Shown in pieces: positions 1 through 12,279 of a DNA stretch of 64,000 nucleotides. Each line of letters begins with the position of its first letter. The stretch's first letter is position 1. A model generated the notes under the pieces. The model saw only the letters and a list, made by a program, of their open reading frames with translations, ran no database searches and had not been told where the DNA came from. Location of the stretch: positions 83,700,001 through 83,764,000 of the forward strand of contig OZ024741.1 in the NCBI GenBank assembly GCA_964016885.1. Direction: 5' to 3'. The stretch is from Eledone cirrhosa. Taxonomy: Eukaryota. The position numbers were made by a program, and so were the translations under genes.

Positions 1-360
1 CCAGACAGTGTAACATCAAAGATACAGGCACGGACTTCTCCTTCGAATGGTTGATTTAAAAAAGATCGGGATCCTGCATTAATGGAAAGAAAAATTGTTA
101 CTTATAACCAGATTAAATATGGAATATTCTCAGAATCCTATCTTCGAATAATACCCTTTTTGATTTCTTCAACCGCTGTTCACATGAAACGAAATTCATT
201 TTCAATAGATAGTCGATAATCAGGCTATTAGAGAGCTGACAATCATAAATTAAGTGTATTTCTATATCTATGGACAAAGATTACCTCCTTTACTAAATTA
301 TATTACAGTTTACACCTTTACTTTATCCAGATTATTTGCAACTCTCAGGCCTCTGTCATT
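1..360 (+). pseudogene. Decayed 3' fragment of a Penelope-like element (GIY-YIG C-terminus), truncated by the window edge
   Basis: Frame 3 reads RQCNIKDTGTDFSFEWLI*KRSGSCINGKKNCYL*, resembling the 'W.Il.k...y..g.k.C.LC' end of PLE GIY-YIG domains; multiple stops. Confidence 0.35.
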
Positions 361-370
361 TATACCATAT

Positions 371-556
371 AATTGTTTCTACTTTTGGCACAAATCCTGC
401 AATTATTCCAGTGCATTACTGGTACTTTATTTTATCGACCCCGTAAGGATGAAAGGCAAAGTTAACCATGGCGGGATTTGAACTCAGATCATAAAGGGAG
501 GTATCTCTAAGCTTCAAAGCATGGCGTCCGATCCTCTACCGATACTGCCAATCCAC
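371..556 (-). mobile_element. tRNA-derived SINE with Nin domain
   Basis: Reverse strand has an A-box-like TGGCAGTATCGG, a B-box GAGTTCAAATCC and the Nin-type core CTTTGCCTTTCATCCTTACGGGGTCGATAAAATAAAGTACCAG; about ten related copies in the window. Confidence 0.85.
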
Positions 557-1056
557 AATGTCCCTAAAACATTTATTTGAAAGAAGATATTCTGGATGTC
601 AATCCACCAGCATATGGCGAAGCAATATGTAAAGGTAGATGTCAACTAACCGAGAAAGTATGGTGTCGGATTGTATCACCAAAATCCTTTTCAAGCCAAT
701 GCACCAGCATGATATCACATTGATCACGAAAACAAGTAAGAAAAATAAAACAATGAAGGATTAGCTCTGCTAATAATACTTATTTTATGATTGGTTAGAT
801 TCTAACAATAAATGTAAAGCATTGTCCTGTCAAAATTCCATATCCGTCACGTGTTATATTTTGATTTTGAGAGAAATGTTATGTAGAATCTTATAATGAT
901 AAAAGAGAAGGTAATATTTATTTTAAATTGTTTTTAATAAATATACTTATTAATCTATGTCCTAAAGAAGAATTTAAGTAATAATGGAATTATTTTTGGA
1001 ATATATTGCATAATAAAATGTACATTCCACAAAAGTATGTACTTTTTTATTTGTTC

Positions 1057-1135
<79 letters not shown>

Positions 1136-1142
1136 TGTGTGT

Positions 1143-1189
<47 letters not shown>

Positions 1190-1193
1190 TGTT

Positions 1194-1243
<50 letters not shown>

Positions 1244-1268
1244 GAGAGAGAGGTAGAGAGAGAGAGTT
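1057..1268. repeat. Compound microsatellite (TA)n(TG)n(TA)n(GA)n
   Basis: Seen directly; explains the low-complexity ORFs at 1006-1352. Confidence 0.98.
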
Positions 1269-1849
1269 ATAGGTATATATAAAAATATATATAGTTTCAA
1301 TCACGTGTACACACTCTCTCACTGTAGACCTCATCAACAAATCTGGATACACACAAACATATACACACTCGGTCGAATTGTTTCAGAATAAAAGTGAAGT
1401 AAGTTTTCTTTTAAATTTTTTCTATGCCTATTATAATTGAGCTCTTAGCTATTTCTGCTATTTTTCTTTAGTGTAAATTTTAAAAGAAGTTTTTATTTTT
1501 TTCCCCGGTGTTTTGAAATCTAGCTATGCAATTATTTGCAAATAGACAGACAAAATGAACAGTTCTTTGATAACGTCTTTGAAAAATGTCTTTGTTATTT
1601 TTACATCTTCAATCGAAGATGAATATTCTTCAAAGAAAACCGAATGCTAAATGAAATAGAACACTACTCAGCTGTCAAAAACTATACACGATATTCTGAT
1701 TTTTGATGAAACAGTTAAAAATTAACTGACACCCACAAACACACATACTTCCACACACTGAGCATGTGGGTATGACCTGCACGTGGTGCGATAATTAGTG
1801 TTCTAGTTGCCTGATAAAAGCTACAGCCTATTTGGAAAATAAGTGAGCA

Positions 1850-2035
1850 AGTGGCTTAGCATGTATGGAATTCAGTAGGAGACTGTGCAAAAATACCGGT
1901 CTATTTTCCAGTTGAGTGAACTGGTGGACGTTGAATAAAGTGTGCTATTGAAGGACAAACGGCGCTGCAGGAATCAAACTCATGACCTAACAACCGTGTG
2001 CTTAACACCCTGGCCACTACGACGCGTCTTTAACA
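1850..2035 (-). mobile_element. Degenerate tRNA-derived SINE (second family)
   Basis: GAGTGAACTGG...GAATAAAGTGTG...GAAGGACA...GGAATCAAACTCATGACC reads as a reverse-strand B-box plus a SINE core-like segment; heavily diverged. Confidence 0.45.
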
Positions 2036-2451
2036 CCATATACAGACTACTGCAGAGCATTGTAGGCAACTATTTATTTCAGTTTTTATATATCTTATAA
2101 TTGCCTTCCCCTATATATATAATTATAATTTGATTCTACACGTGGTCTGACCAATAACTGACTGTTCTTTCTCAGTATTTTTCTAGAATTTCAACATGAC
2201 GACAGATGATTGCAGTCATGGCCTCACAAAAGTTGATGAATTTTGCTGCATGAAATAGTATCTTATAGGCCTTGTAAAATGTTATTGGCGATGTAAGTAT
2301 AATACATAGTCTGTCTCCAAGTTTTTTCATCTAAGTATATAATTCTCTGAAAAATATTAGCTCTCCTGATATCTTGGATTTGTAACTCTAATTCTCTTAT
2401 AAGATCTATCATAGAGCCACATGATCGTTATATGTTATATATCAATCACTT

Positions 2452-2509
<58 letters not shown>

Positions 2510-2794
2510 TATTTGGGGAGGGTCATATTTGCGTAATATTGCCAGAATTAATAACAGAACACACTCACTGTTTGGTTGGTTTTCGCTTCTCGCTGTCTTT
2601 TATATATATATATCTGCGATCTAACTTACTCGGTCCTCAATGTTGCCATTGACTGACCGGCGGTCAAAAATAATACAGATACAATATAGACACAAACACA
2701 TATATATAGTTTACATAATTTACATAAATCTTTCGTTGCACATCTGCAACATCGTCAGTGGTGTTATATTCATTGTTCCTCCTATGCTAAACCC

Positions 2795-3706
2795 ATGGCC
2801 TCCAAATACCTGATACTCAAAAACTCAGCAATGTCCAGTAGTGCTAAGTTTAATATTCTGATCGCAGATTTGGTACGAGTGATGAAGAATGTGTCCAGCA
2901 TGTGTGACCCAACAGAAATGGAAGGACACATCCAACACTTCATCAACCGCATGCAGTTCTCTGGCTACAACCAAAGAGACAGAGTCAGAGTATACGAAGG
3001 AGCCATGGAAAAGTATAAGACCCTCATAGAACTGGACAAGAAAGGAATTTGCCCACTATACAGGAGCAAATCATGGAATAGCTTAGATAGGGCTAGACAT
3101 AAGATAGGGAAGGCCACATCATGGTACGACAACCAGAGATATCAGAGTGTCATGTTTGTGGAGGCCACCCCTGGAGGGAAATTAGCTAACCAGTGTAGAA
3201 AGGCCCTGAGAAAGACCCACTTAAAAATTAAGGTGGTAGAAAAGCCAGGAACCACCATAAAATCCCTGATCAGCAAAACCTACCCTTTTAAGAAAACCCA
3301 CTGTACCAATAGGAAATGTATCATTTGTAAGGTGAACCCCCGGATAAACTGTAAAACTAGAAACGTAGTCTATAGCATAAGATGTACAGAGGGTACTTGC
3401 AGAAACATGACAACAACATACATAGGTGAGACAGCTCGTAGCATAGGTGAAAGGATAGACCAACACTGGGGGGAACTAAAAGGACGAAAAAACGGGTCAG
3501 TACTATACGAACATGCTAGACAACAACATGACGGTAACATAGACAACATAGAAATTAGAATAATATCTAAACATAGGAATGACCCAGCAGATAGGCAAAT
3601 CAGAGAGGCCAGTGAAATAGAAATTAGAAGACCAAAGCTAAACAGAAAGAATGAGTGGAACAACAACAACACCCAAACAAACAACACTGACCTAAGAGAA
3701 GTATAA
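2795..3706 (+). CDS. Penelope-like element ORF C-terminal part (RT thumb, Cys-rich linker, GIY-YIG endonuclease)
   Basis: 303-aa open frame with CTNRKCIIC...C linker, NVVY...C....C...YIGETARSIGERIDQH, H....H and RQIREA..I motifs; the N-terminus is lost at the inversion junction near 2784. Confidence 0.88.
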   Translation: MASKYLILKNSAMSSSAKFNILIADLVRVMKNVSSMCDPTEMEGHIQHFINRMQFSGYNQRDRVRVYEGAMEKYKTLIELDKKGICPLYRSKSWNSLDRARHKIGKATSWYDNQRYQSVMFVEATPGGKLANQCRKALRKTHLKIKVVEKPGTTIKSLISKTYPFKKTHCTNRKCIICKVNPRINCKTRNVVYSIRCTEGTCRNMTTTYIGETARSIGERIDQHWGELKGRKNGSVLYEHARQQHDGNIDNIEIRIISKHRNDPADRQIREASEIEIRRPKLNRKNEWNNNNTQTNNTDLREV

Positions 3707-3964
3707 ATAAGTAAATAAAATAAAATAAAATAAGATAAATAAATACATACACAAGCACATAAACACACACTAGTCACCCAGCAGACACAACACTATACAC
3801 ACTAGTCACACATCACACTATACACACACGCAAACGCATGCGCAAAGAAGACAAAATAAAATAAGATAAACAAACAAGCAAATAAATAAATAAATATATA
3901 GACAGACTGAACAAAAAAAAAATGGCGTAGACATACAACACAACAGGAGGAACAATGAATATAA

Positions 3965-4012
3965 CACCACTGACGATGTTGCATATGTGCAACGAAAAAT
4001 TTATGTAAATTA
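3965..4012 (+). ncRNA. Putative hammerhead ribozyme in the PLE pLTR (inverted copy at ~2716-2763, minus strand)
   Basis: CTGACGA-T-GTTGCA-TATG-TGCAAC-GAAA: core boxes and stem II are clear, but stems I and III are imperfect. Confidence 0.5.
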
Positions 4013-4282
4013 TGTAAACTATATATATGTGTTTGTGTCTATATTGTATCTGTATTATTTTTGACCGCCGGTCAGTCAATGGCAACATTGAGGACCGAGT
4101 AAGTTAGATCGCAGATATATATATATAAAAGATAGCGAGAAGCGAAAACCAACCAAACAGTGAGTGTGTTCTGTTATTAATTCTGGCAATATTACGCAAA
4201 TATGACCCTCCCCAAATATAACAATATCTGTTTCGACACACGATTTCATATAAAAAAACCTCGCAAAACTAATTCATCGCCG

Positions 4283-4446
<164 letters not shown>

Positions 4447-4947
4447 GTTAAAAATGTACATCCACATATGTATACTGAAATACTAGTATGCATATGAATA
4501 CACACACGTATACATATGTAGATGTACCAAGTTTTTCACTGGTCACTTTACTGTGAGTGTGTTTCCTCAAAAACCAGTATGACTCTAAAAACCGGTTTGT
4601 CTGTGTGTTTACATACAGAATAGCTGGACACTCACAGTAAAGTGACCAGTGAAAAACTTGGTACATCTACATATGTATACGTGTGTGTATTCATATGCAT
4701 ACTAGTATTTCAGTATACATATGAGGATGTACATTTTTAACTTAATTGTTTAAGCGTCAGTCATACAAAAGTGAGTTACAAACGAAACGAAATTTAATTT
4801 CGTTTCGTTATTTGTTTTTATCGTCTCCGTTGAACCGGTACGTACTCACGCTCTATGCAAATTAGTCTGCCCACTACTAATTTTCATAGAAAAAGCATAT
4901 AACGATATGTGCTTTTACGATTCTCCAGAAAGGCCGGAAGATAGGTA

Positions 4948-4992
4948 AATATTGCTGATGAGTTGTAACAACAACGAAACTAGTTCAATATT
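4948..4992 (+). ncRNA. Type I hammerhead ribozyme (family A)
   Basis: AATATTG-CTGATGA-GTTGT-AACA-ACAAC-GAAAC-TA-GTT-CAATATT: 7-bp stem I, 5-bp stem II, palindromic ACTAGT stem III, GUU cleavage triplet. Confidence 0.85.
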
Positions 4993-5413
4993 CCTTGTCT
5001 GGCTTTCTGGAGAATAGAGGAAAGGTGTTTCCTCAAAAACCAGTATGACTCTAAAAACAGGTTTGTCTGTGTGTTTACATACAGAATAGCTGGACACTCA
5101 CAGTAAAGTGACCAGTAAAAAACTTGGTACATCTACATATGTATACGTGTGTGTATTCATATGCATACTAGTATTTCAGTATACATATGAGGATGTACAT
5201 TTTTAACTTAATTGTTTAAGCGTCAGTCATACAAAAGTGAGTTACAAACGAAACGAAATTTAATTTCGTTTCGTTATTTATTTTTATCGTCTCCGTTGAA
5301 CCGGTACGTACTCACGCTCTATGCAAATTAGTCTGCCCACTACTAATTTTCATAGAAAAAGCATATAACGATATGTGCTTTTACGATTCTCCAGAAAGGC
5401 CAGAAGATAGGTA

Positions 5414-5458
5414 AATATTGCTGATGAGTTGTAACAACAACGAAACTAGTTCAATATT
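5414..5458 (+). ncRNA. Type I hammerhead ribozyme (family A)
   Basis: Identical motif to 4948-4992. Confidence 0.85.
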
Positions 5459-5884
5459 CCTTGTCTGGCTTTCTGGAGAATAGAGGAAAGGTGTTTCATC
5501 AAAAACCAGTATGACTCTAAAAACCGGTTTGTCTGTGTGTTTACATACAGAATAGCTGGACACTCACAGTAAAGTAAAGTGACCAGTGAAAAACTTGGTA
5601 CATCTACATATGTATACGTGTGTGTATTCATATGCATACTAGTATTTCAGTATACATATGTGGATGTACATTTATAACTTAATTGTTTAAGCGTCAGTCA
5701 TACAAAAGTGAGTTACAAACGAAACGAAATTTAATTTCGTTTCGTTATTTATTTTTATCGTCTCCGTTGAACCGGTACGTACTCACGCTCTATGCAAATT
5801 AGTCTGCCCACTACTAATTTTCATAGAAAAAGCATATAACGATATGTGCTTTTACGATTCTCCAGAAAGGCCAGAAGATAGGTA

Positions 5885-5929
5885 AATATTGCTGATGAGT
5901 TGTAACAACAACGAAACTAGTTCAATATT
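5885..5929 (+). ncRNA. Type I hammerhead ribozyme (family A)
   Basis: Identical motif to 4948-4992. Confidence 0.85.
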
Positions 5930-6222
5930 CCTTGTCTGGCTTTCTGGAGAATAGAGGAAAGGTGTTTCATCAAAAACCAGTATGACTCTAAAAACCGGTT
6001 TGTCTGTGTGTTTACATACAGAATAGCTGGACACTCACAGTAGAGTAAAGTGACCAGTGAAAAACTTGGTACATCTACATATGTATACGTGTGTGTATTC
6101 ATATGCATACTAGTATTTCAGTATACATATGTGGATGTACATTTTTAACTTAATTGTTTAAGCGTCAGTCATACAAAAGTGAGTTACAAACGAAACGAAA
6201 TTTAATTTCGTTTCGTTATTTG

Positions 6223-6286
<64 letters not shown>

Positions 6287-6324
6287 ATATTAATAAATGG
6301 AAACTCTATTTATAAAACCATAAT

Positions 6325-6389
6325 TATTTTATTATATATATTTCAAGGGCGACCAAGCCAATCTTGTTGCGCTTTCATCAGATAAAATA
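6325..6389 (-). ncRNA. Type I hammerhead ribozyme (family D, left arm)
   Basis: Minus strand: TATTTTAT-CTGATGA-(imperfect stem II AAG..CAAG/CTTG..CTT)-GAAA-TATATATA-ATAAAATA; 8-bp stem I, palindromic TATATA stem III, AUA triplet. Confidence 0.7.
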
Positions 6390-6507
6390 CAAAATTTGTT
6401 TTATAAATAATGACATAACCATGGAAAACAACCATGACGGTTAAAAATTCGCTGGATACTATCGGTTGTTTTCCATGGTTATGTCACTATTTATAAAACA
6501 AATTTTG

Positions 6508-6572
6508 TATTTAATCTGATGAAAACGCACCAAGATAGGCTTGGTCGCCCTTGAAATATATATAATAAAATA
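6508..6572 (+). ncRNA. Type I hammerhead ribozyme (family D, right arm)
   Basis: TATTTAAT-CTGATGA-AAACGCACCAAG-ATAGG-CTTGGTCGCCCTT-GAAA-TATATATA-ATAAAATA. Confidence 0.65.
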
Positions 6573-6704
6573 ATTATGGTTTTATAAATATAGTTTCCAT
6601 TTATTAATATATTGAATATTTACTCCATTAAAATGTTGGGTGCTCTATATAAGTTATAAACTTTTAAGTTTGTTGGAATCACAACAAATTAAATAAACTC
6701 CTAC

Positions 6705-6816
<112 letters not shown>

Positions 6817-6840
6817 GTATATGTATATATATTTATATGA

Positions 6841-8444
6841 ATATGATAAACACAAAACGTGTTTGCATTGTAACAGAAAAAGTTAGCTTTTAATGAAATA
6901 AACTAATTAAAGTGAATACAATTTGTCTGTCTCGATATAAGTCATTAAAGACAAGCTTATATTGGCAAAGGCCGTAATTCCTGGACAAATCTAAATTTCA
7001 AAATCCAAACCCACTCCGTAGATGAATTTGAATTTCGAAACCTAAATATGTTTCGCAACGATGGTACGTGAATTGAAAAATAAAGAGAATCGAAATGGAA
7101 TTGAAATAAAAAGTTAAATATCCAAATCTTCTGTGCTTATCAACAGGAACCCAGTGAAATTAGCATATCTCACCATCAATGTATTTTGCAGGTCTGACTA
7201 CACGTGTGTCTAGCCAGGCCAAAGTAGCCGTCCCGCATTCCCGGTGCTAGAAATAACAGCCGTTTGTGCGGGATTAAAGATCAGCTCTACAGTTAAGGAG
7301 CAATATACTATATTATAATTTGAGATTAAACTCTCAGTCGTTTACAATAAATCAGCTCCAAGAAAGGGACCTTTCCGAGCAGTTAAATATATATGATAAA
7401 CACAAAACGTGTTTGCATTGTAACAGACAAAGTTAGCTATTAATGAAATAAACTAATTAAAGTGAATACAATTTGTCTGTCTCGATATAAGTCAATAAAG
7501 ACAAGCCTGTTGATAAGCACAGAAGATTTTGATATTTCACTTTTTATTTCAATTCCATTTCGATTTTCTTTATTTTTCAATTCACGTACCATCGTTGCGA
7601 AACATATTTAGGTTTCGAAATTCAAATTCATCTACGGAGCGGGTTTGGATTTTGAAATTTAGATTTGTCCAGGAATTACGGCCTTTGCCAATATAAGCTT
7701 GTCTTTAGTGACTTATATCGAGACAGACAAATTGTATTCACTTTAATTAGTTTATTTCATTAATAGCTAACTTTGTCTGTTACAATGCAAACACGTTTTG
7801 TGTTTATCATATATATTTAACTGCTCGGAAAGGCCCTTTTCTTGGAGCTGATTTATTGTAAACGACTGAGAGTTTAATCTCAAATTATAATATAGTATAT
7901 TGCTCCTTAACTGTAGAGCTGATCTTTAATCCCGCACAAACGGCTGTTATTTCTAGCACCGGGAATGCGGGACGGCTACTTTGGCCTGGCTAGACACACG
8001 TGTAGTCAGACCTGCAAAATTTTTTGATGGTGAGATATGCTAATTTTACTGGGTTCCTGTTGATAAGCACAGAAGATTTGGATATTTCACTTTTTATTTC
8101 CATTCCATTTCGAATCTCTTTATTTTTCAATTCACGTATCATCGTTGCGAAACATATTTAGGTTTCGAAATTCAAATTCATCTATGGAGCGGGTTTGGAT
8201 TTTGAAATTTAGATTTGTCCAGGAATCACGGCCTTTGCCAATATAAGCTTGTCTTTATTGACTTATATCGAGACAGACAAAGTGTATTCACTTTAATTAG
8301 TTTATTTCATTAATAGCTAACTTTGTCTGTTACAATGCAAACACGTTTTGTGTTTATTATATATATTTACATGCTCGGAAAGGCCCCTTTCTTGGAGCTG
8401 ATTTATTGTAAACGACTGAGAGTTTAATCTCAAATTATAATATA

Positions 8445-8446
<2 letters not shown>
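6841..8446. repeat. 550-bp monomer array (family B) with an internal inversion at ~7505
   Basis: 6841 repeats at 7391 and 7506 repeats at 8056 (550-bp period); the right part is the reverse complement of the left; (TA)n on both sides. Confidence 0.85.
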
Positions 8447-8500
<54 letters not shown>

Positions 8501-10486
8501 ATGGGCACTTATCTCCACATGTAGTTATAGTGATGCAGTTGTAACATGCTCACATGTATGTTGCAAAGGGAACTCCATTCAAACTTTTAAAAATGATATC
8601 AACGGCATCAATCCATCATTTTACGGTCGGTCCTAAAAGTGTTTCGATCTCCCTACCCCCCTAGATCTACAAATAGGAAAAGATATATGGCAGTAATATG
8701 AAATATTGGTATGTTGTTGGAAATTTCATGATCTGATACTCCTTTGAAAAAACATTTGTTGGTCTCGAAGTAATGACGCTTTACTGTGATACGGCGTGTT
8801 TTCTGGTATTTAAACTTGCTAGGTCATAGCACAGCATATTTCTCCCAAAGAAATGGAAAAAGAGGAAAGTTCGACGCCGTACCGTACAGGGATGGTATTT
8901 TATTTATCGACTATGACTATTAGGAAGGGACCCAATACATTGTAGCACAGCCTGCAAGAAATAGCTGTAACATCTCTCTCACATACCATCTTAAAATTAA
9001 TAAAACATACATTGATTAATGTTGACTGCGGCAGAATATGCCAGACTCATTCGATATCTCATATCTCATCATTATTTTCTCTGACCGTTTTAAACACATG
9101 ATGATCCAGTTCCTGTCACAATATAGTGTAGCATAGATATAGTTTAGACAAAAACTTCTTTGTCAGGCATTCCCTCCCTTACCCTTGAGTTCTTTTCTCA
9201 ATCGCATTCATTTGTTCAATAGATCAAACATGAAAGCATTAAAATAAACATATACATACATACATATATACATCCGTACGAAATATATGAATGCTTACGT
9301 ACATACAAAGATATATACACAAACATATATGCATACATACAAAAGCACATACCATACATACACAAATATTTCATAATGCACTATTCTTCAAATCAAACCT
9401 TTGATCATATGTCTACTCAAACAGGGATGGCCTGAGGCAAGACCAAAGCAACAACAGAAGCAACAATAAAAATCATTTTATACTAAATAATATATAGCTA
9501 AAAAGACACACGCACACCCACACGCACATACACACACACACACACACATGTAGACAAACACAAACATACATACACTTACTCTTACGACCATGCAGTCAAC
9601 ACAAACCTATATACAGACACTTTTTTAATGCGCTTCATACACTCATACACATGGAGACACACAGAGGCATATGCACGTTCACATCCACACACGTAGCAAA
9701 CACATATCTATGAACATACATAAACATAGTTAACACGCACATTTACAAACATATATAGACAACGCGCACATAATAACCCCCCCCCACACACACACACACA
9801 CACAGAGGTAAACAAGCACATCGTTGACGCGTACCTTCATTTATACTATTATTTTTTGGATTACAGCTAGACTGAAGTTCCTTCTAAGACAGAAAAGTAA
9901 GTCAGCTTTATTATTTTAACAAAGATATTAATACAAATCTATCTAACATTGAGAGAAAGATTTTACAATCAATTCTTTCAAAAGAAAACACTTATGTTAA
10001 AAGAAAAGCATCACACAATGTATTGTCACATATGGGGAATTGGTGGGGCATATTTCGTTTCATGTTCGATCTCATGTCAGAGCTTCCTGGGGCATATGTC
10101 TTCTGCCATAGTCTGGAATTGATCAACGGCATTGTGATGTGAATGTTTAGTAAAGTTTTAGTAAAACAATTAAATGGGAGACCATAATAGAAGAGCGTAT
10201 CTCTGTCACCTAGTTTAACATAAACACCACCTGGTACGTTGGAGTATTTATAAAACTGCGCAAGGTAGTAGAACCCCTCTTCGCTCCGTTTAACACTTCC
10301 GGCTGGTATTTGTGTGCGTTTCTAAATTTGAACAGCATGAAATGTAATGTTTACCTGTGGGGGATTTCAGCTCAGTACATAAAGGGATGTAACTATATCT
10401 TGCAAAGCATATTGTCCGACGATCTGTCAATAGTACCAATCCTCAGCGCCCTATATTCGTAATAACAATAATAATAATAATAGTAA

Positions 10487-10690
10487 TGGTTTCTGATTTA
10501 GGCACAATGCCAACAATTTTGTTGACAAAGTCGATTAAATCGACCCCAGTGTGCTCGTGGTACATCATTTTAGCAACACCAGGGAATGAAAGCCAAATTT
10601 AAATTCGACTGGATTTGGAATCAAAATGTAATAGACCGTAACAAAATACCGTAAGGCATTTAGTTCAACGCTGTATCTATTCTAAAATCA
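10487..10690 (-). mobile_element. Degenerate Nin-type SINE
   Basis: TTTAGGCACAATGCCAACAATTTT...GTCGATTAAATCGACCCCAGT...GGAATGAAAGCCAAA resembles the other copies; follows (TAA)n. Confidence 0.6.
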
Positions 10691-11229
10691 CAAACGTAAC
10701 CATTAAGCCCCCTATTTTACACTGACAATTTACTTTAATGGATTTCATTTACATATCCAATATTAGTATTTCAACAAAAATTGGTATTGTCAGAAATATG
10801 GGTGATATCTACTGTATGATATTCCTGTCCACGTTTTTCAACTGCATTTGAATCATGAAAGAATAAGATGGGTTTTTATTTTATGATGGAGTCTTAGGGT
10901 CCCTTTGCTCACACACATCAGGATTTTGAATTTTAAACTTGGCCGATCTCCTGTCTTTCCTGGGCGGCACACATTCGTTTGGCCTTCAAATTCGAGAAAG
11001 ATATATATAAACGAAAAAATAACGAACACAGATACAAAAACAATTAGTGTTATTATGTTCGCGCTTTGGATGAAAGAGAGATGTTAGTGTTTCATCAGGA
11101 GTGTACAATATAGTCGGTAGGTTGGATAATCATGCTCTCTGAAACGATCGTAAATCTATGGGTTAATTAACGACTTCATCTTGTTATTGTCTTATTTTTT
11201 TATCTGTGAAATTGGGTGATGAAACCGAT

Positions 11230-12220
11230 ATTGTTATATTTGACGATGCTTATGTAGCCAATATTGCCAATAGAAAGAAACACACACACCATATAATTTT
11301 CACTTAATCTTTATCTTTATAGTTCATTATTCACTCGTTTATCAAAGTTTTTTCGTCACATTCTGTGACCTTCTCAATGAACATCTGTCTTGTACTCCTC
11401 TTATTTGTGATCTCAAACATCTACTCCATCTTCTATTTGTTTTTGGAGGTATTTTTCGTGAATCGTGTCTGCGCATACGTTTGCGCCTGTGCGTTCGTCT
11501 GTGTGTATGTAATTGTGTTTGTCATGTCTATATCTGCTTTATGTGTGTGATAGTTTGTGTCTGTTTCCTCTATTCTAAAACAGGGGCTTTCTTCGAATGT
11601 ATGTCTTATTATTTCGGGATATTATCGGGGCTCCTGGTTTTTCTACTACGTTAATTTGGAGGTCCATTTTGTCTAAAGCGTTTCTAAAACAATAAGCTCG
11701 TTCGCCTCTAGGAGTAGTATGGACGCACATGACGCTCTCGTAATTTTTTCTGTCATACCATGATTTGGCCTTCTCTATATTTTTTCTTAGTCCTTTCTAT
11801 GCTATTCCATGACTTGCTCCTGTTGAGTGGGAACATCTTATTTGTATCATTCTCCATAATGATTTTGAATTTACCCATAGCTCCTTTTTACACCCTTAAC
11901 CTGTCTCTTTGGTTATAACCAGAGTACTACGTGTATTGGATGAAGTGTTGTATGTGTTTCTTTAACTATATGTTGGATCGCACAGGCGGAACACATTTCT
12001 TATCACCTTTACCTGGTCCGCTATCAAGATATTGAACGTAGCTCTATTTGCGATAGCTGAGCTTCAGTGGATCAGGTACTTGGAGGCCATGGGTTTGGTA
12101 TAATGTGAACGGGGATTTGAGCATTATTGTTCTTAGTTTCCATCCGGAGTTGTGTGTCTAATACAGGTATTCTATGGTTGGGGTGCTTAGTGATGTTGTC
12201 TGCTGTTACTTTAATACTTT
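11230..12220 (-). pseudogene. Decayed Penelope-like element, 3' half
   Basis: Minus strand reads KVTADNITKHPNHRIPVLDT...HYTKPMASKYLIH, homologous to the 2795 ORF; the terminus resembles 2506ff. Confidence 0.75.
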
Positions 12221-12279
12221 GAAAAACAGCATAATAGGAAGGATGGATGTAGTATCCATATACCCATCCATTGGTTTCG

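Larger units (their letters stand above)
2506..4222 (+). mobile_element. 5'-truncated Penelope-like retroelement with inverted pLTR
   Basis: 2506-2783 is the near-perfect reverse complement of 3945-4222; these flank an RT-thumb/GIY-YIG ORF; the left end abuts (TA)n. Confidence 0.9.
6283..6703. mobile_element. Fold-back element (family D): ~150-bp inverted arms with a 30-bp spacer, each arm with a hammerhead motif
   Basis: 6283-6433 is the reverse complement of ~6464-6614; lies between two (TA)n tracts. Confidence 0.75.

Noticed and set aside
1006-1352. ORFs rich in CV/YI/HT repeats (also at 4202, 13062-13601, 15422, 47349-47691, 55968-56450, 57409-57904)
   Set aside because: These are translations of dinucleotide and trinucleotide microsatellites, not genes.
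2138-2300. Possible exon or mariner-like terminus (TACACGTGGTCTGACCAATAA)
   Set aside because: No partner TIR, no recognisable protein motif and no consistent splice pair.
4915-6108. Repeated 60-63 aa ORFs in the family A array
   Set aside because: Short, antisense to the ribozyme, non-ATG or chance starts, and disrupted by indels in the second array.
11340-11382. Minus-strand TTGAGAAG-GTCACA-GAA-TGTGAC-GAAA in the decayed PLE pLTR
   Set aside because: Probably a decayed hammerhead, but the core is too mutated to call.
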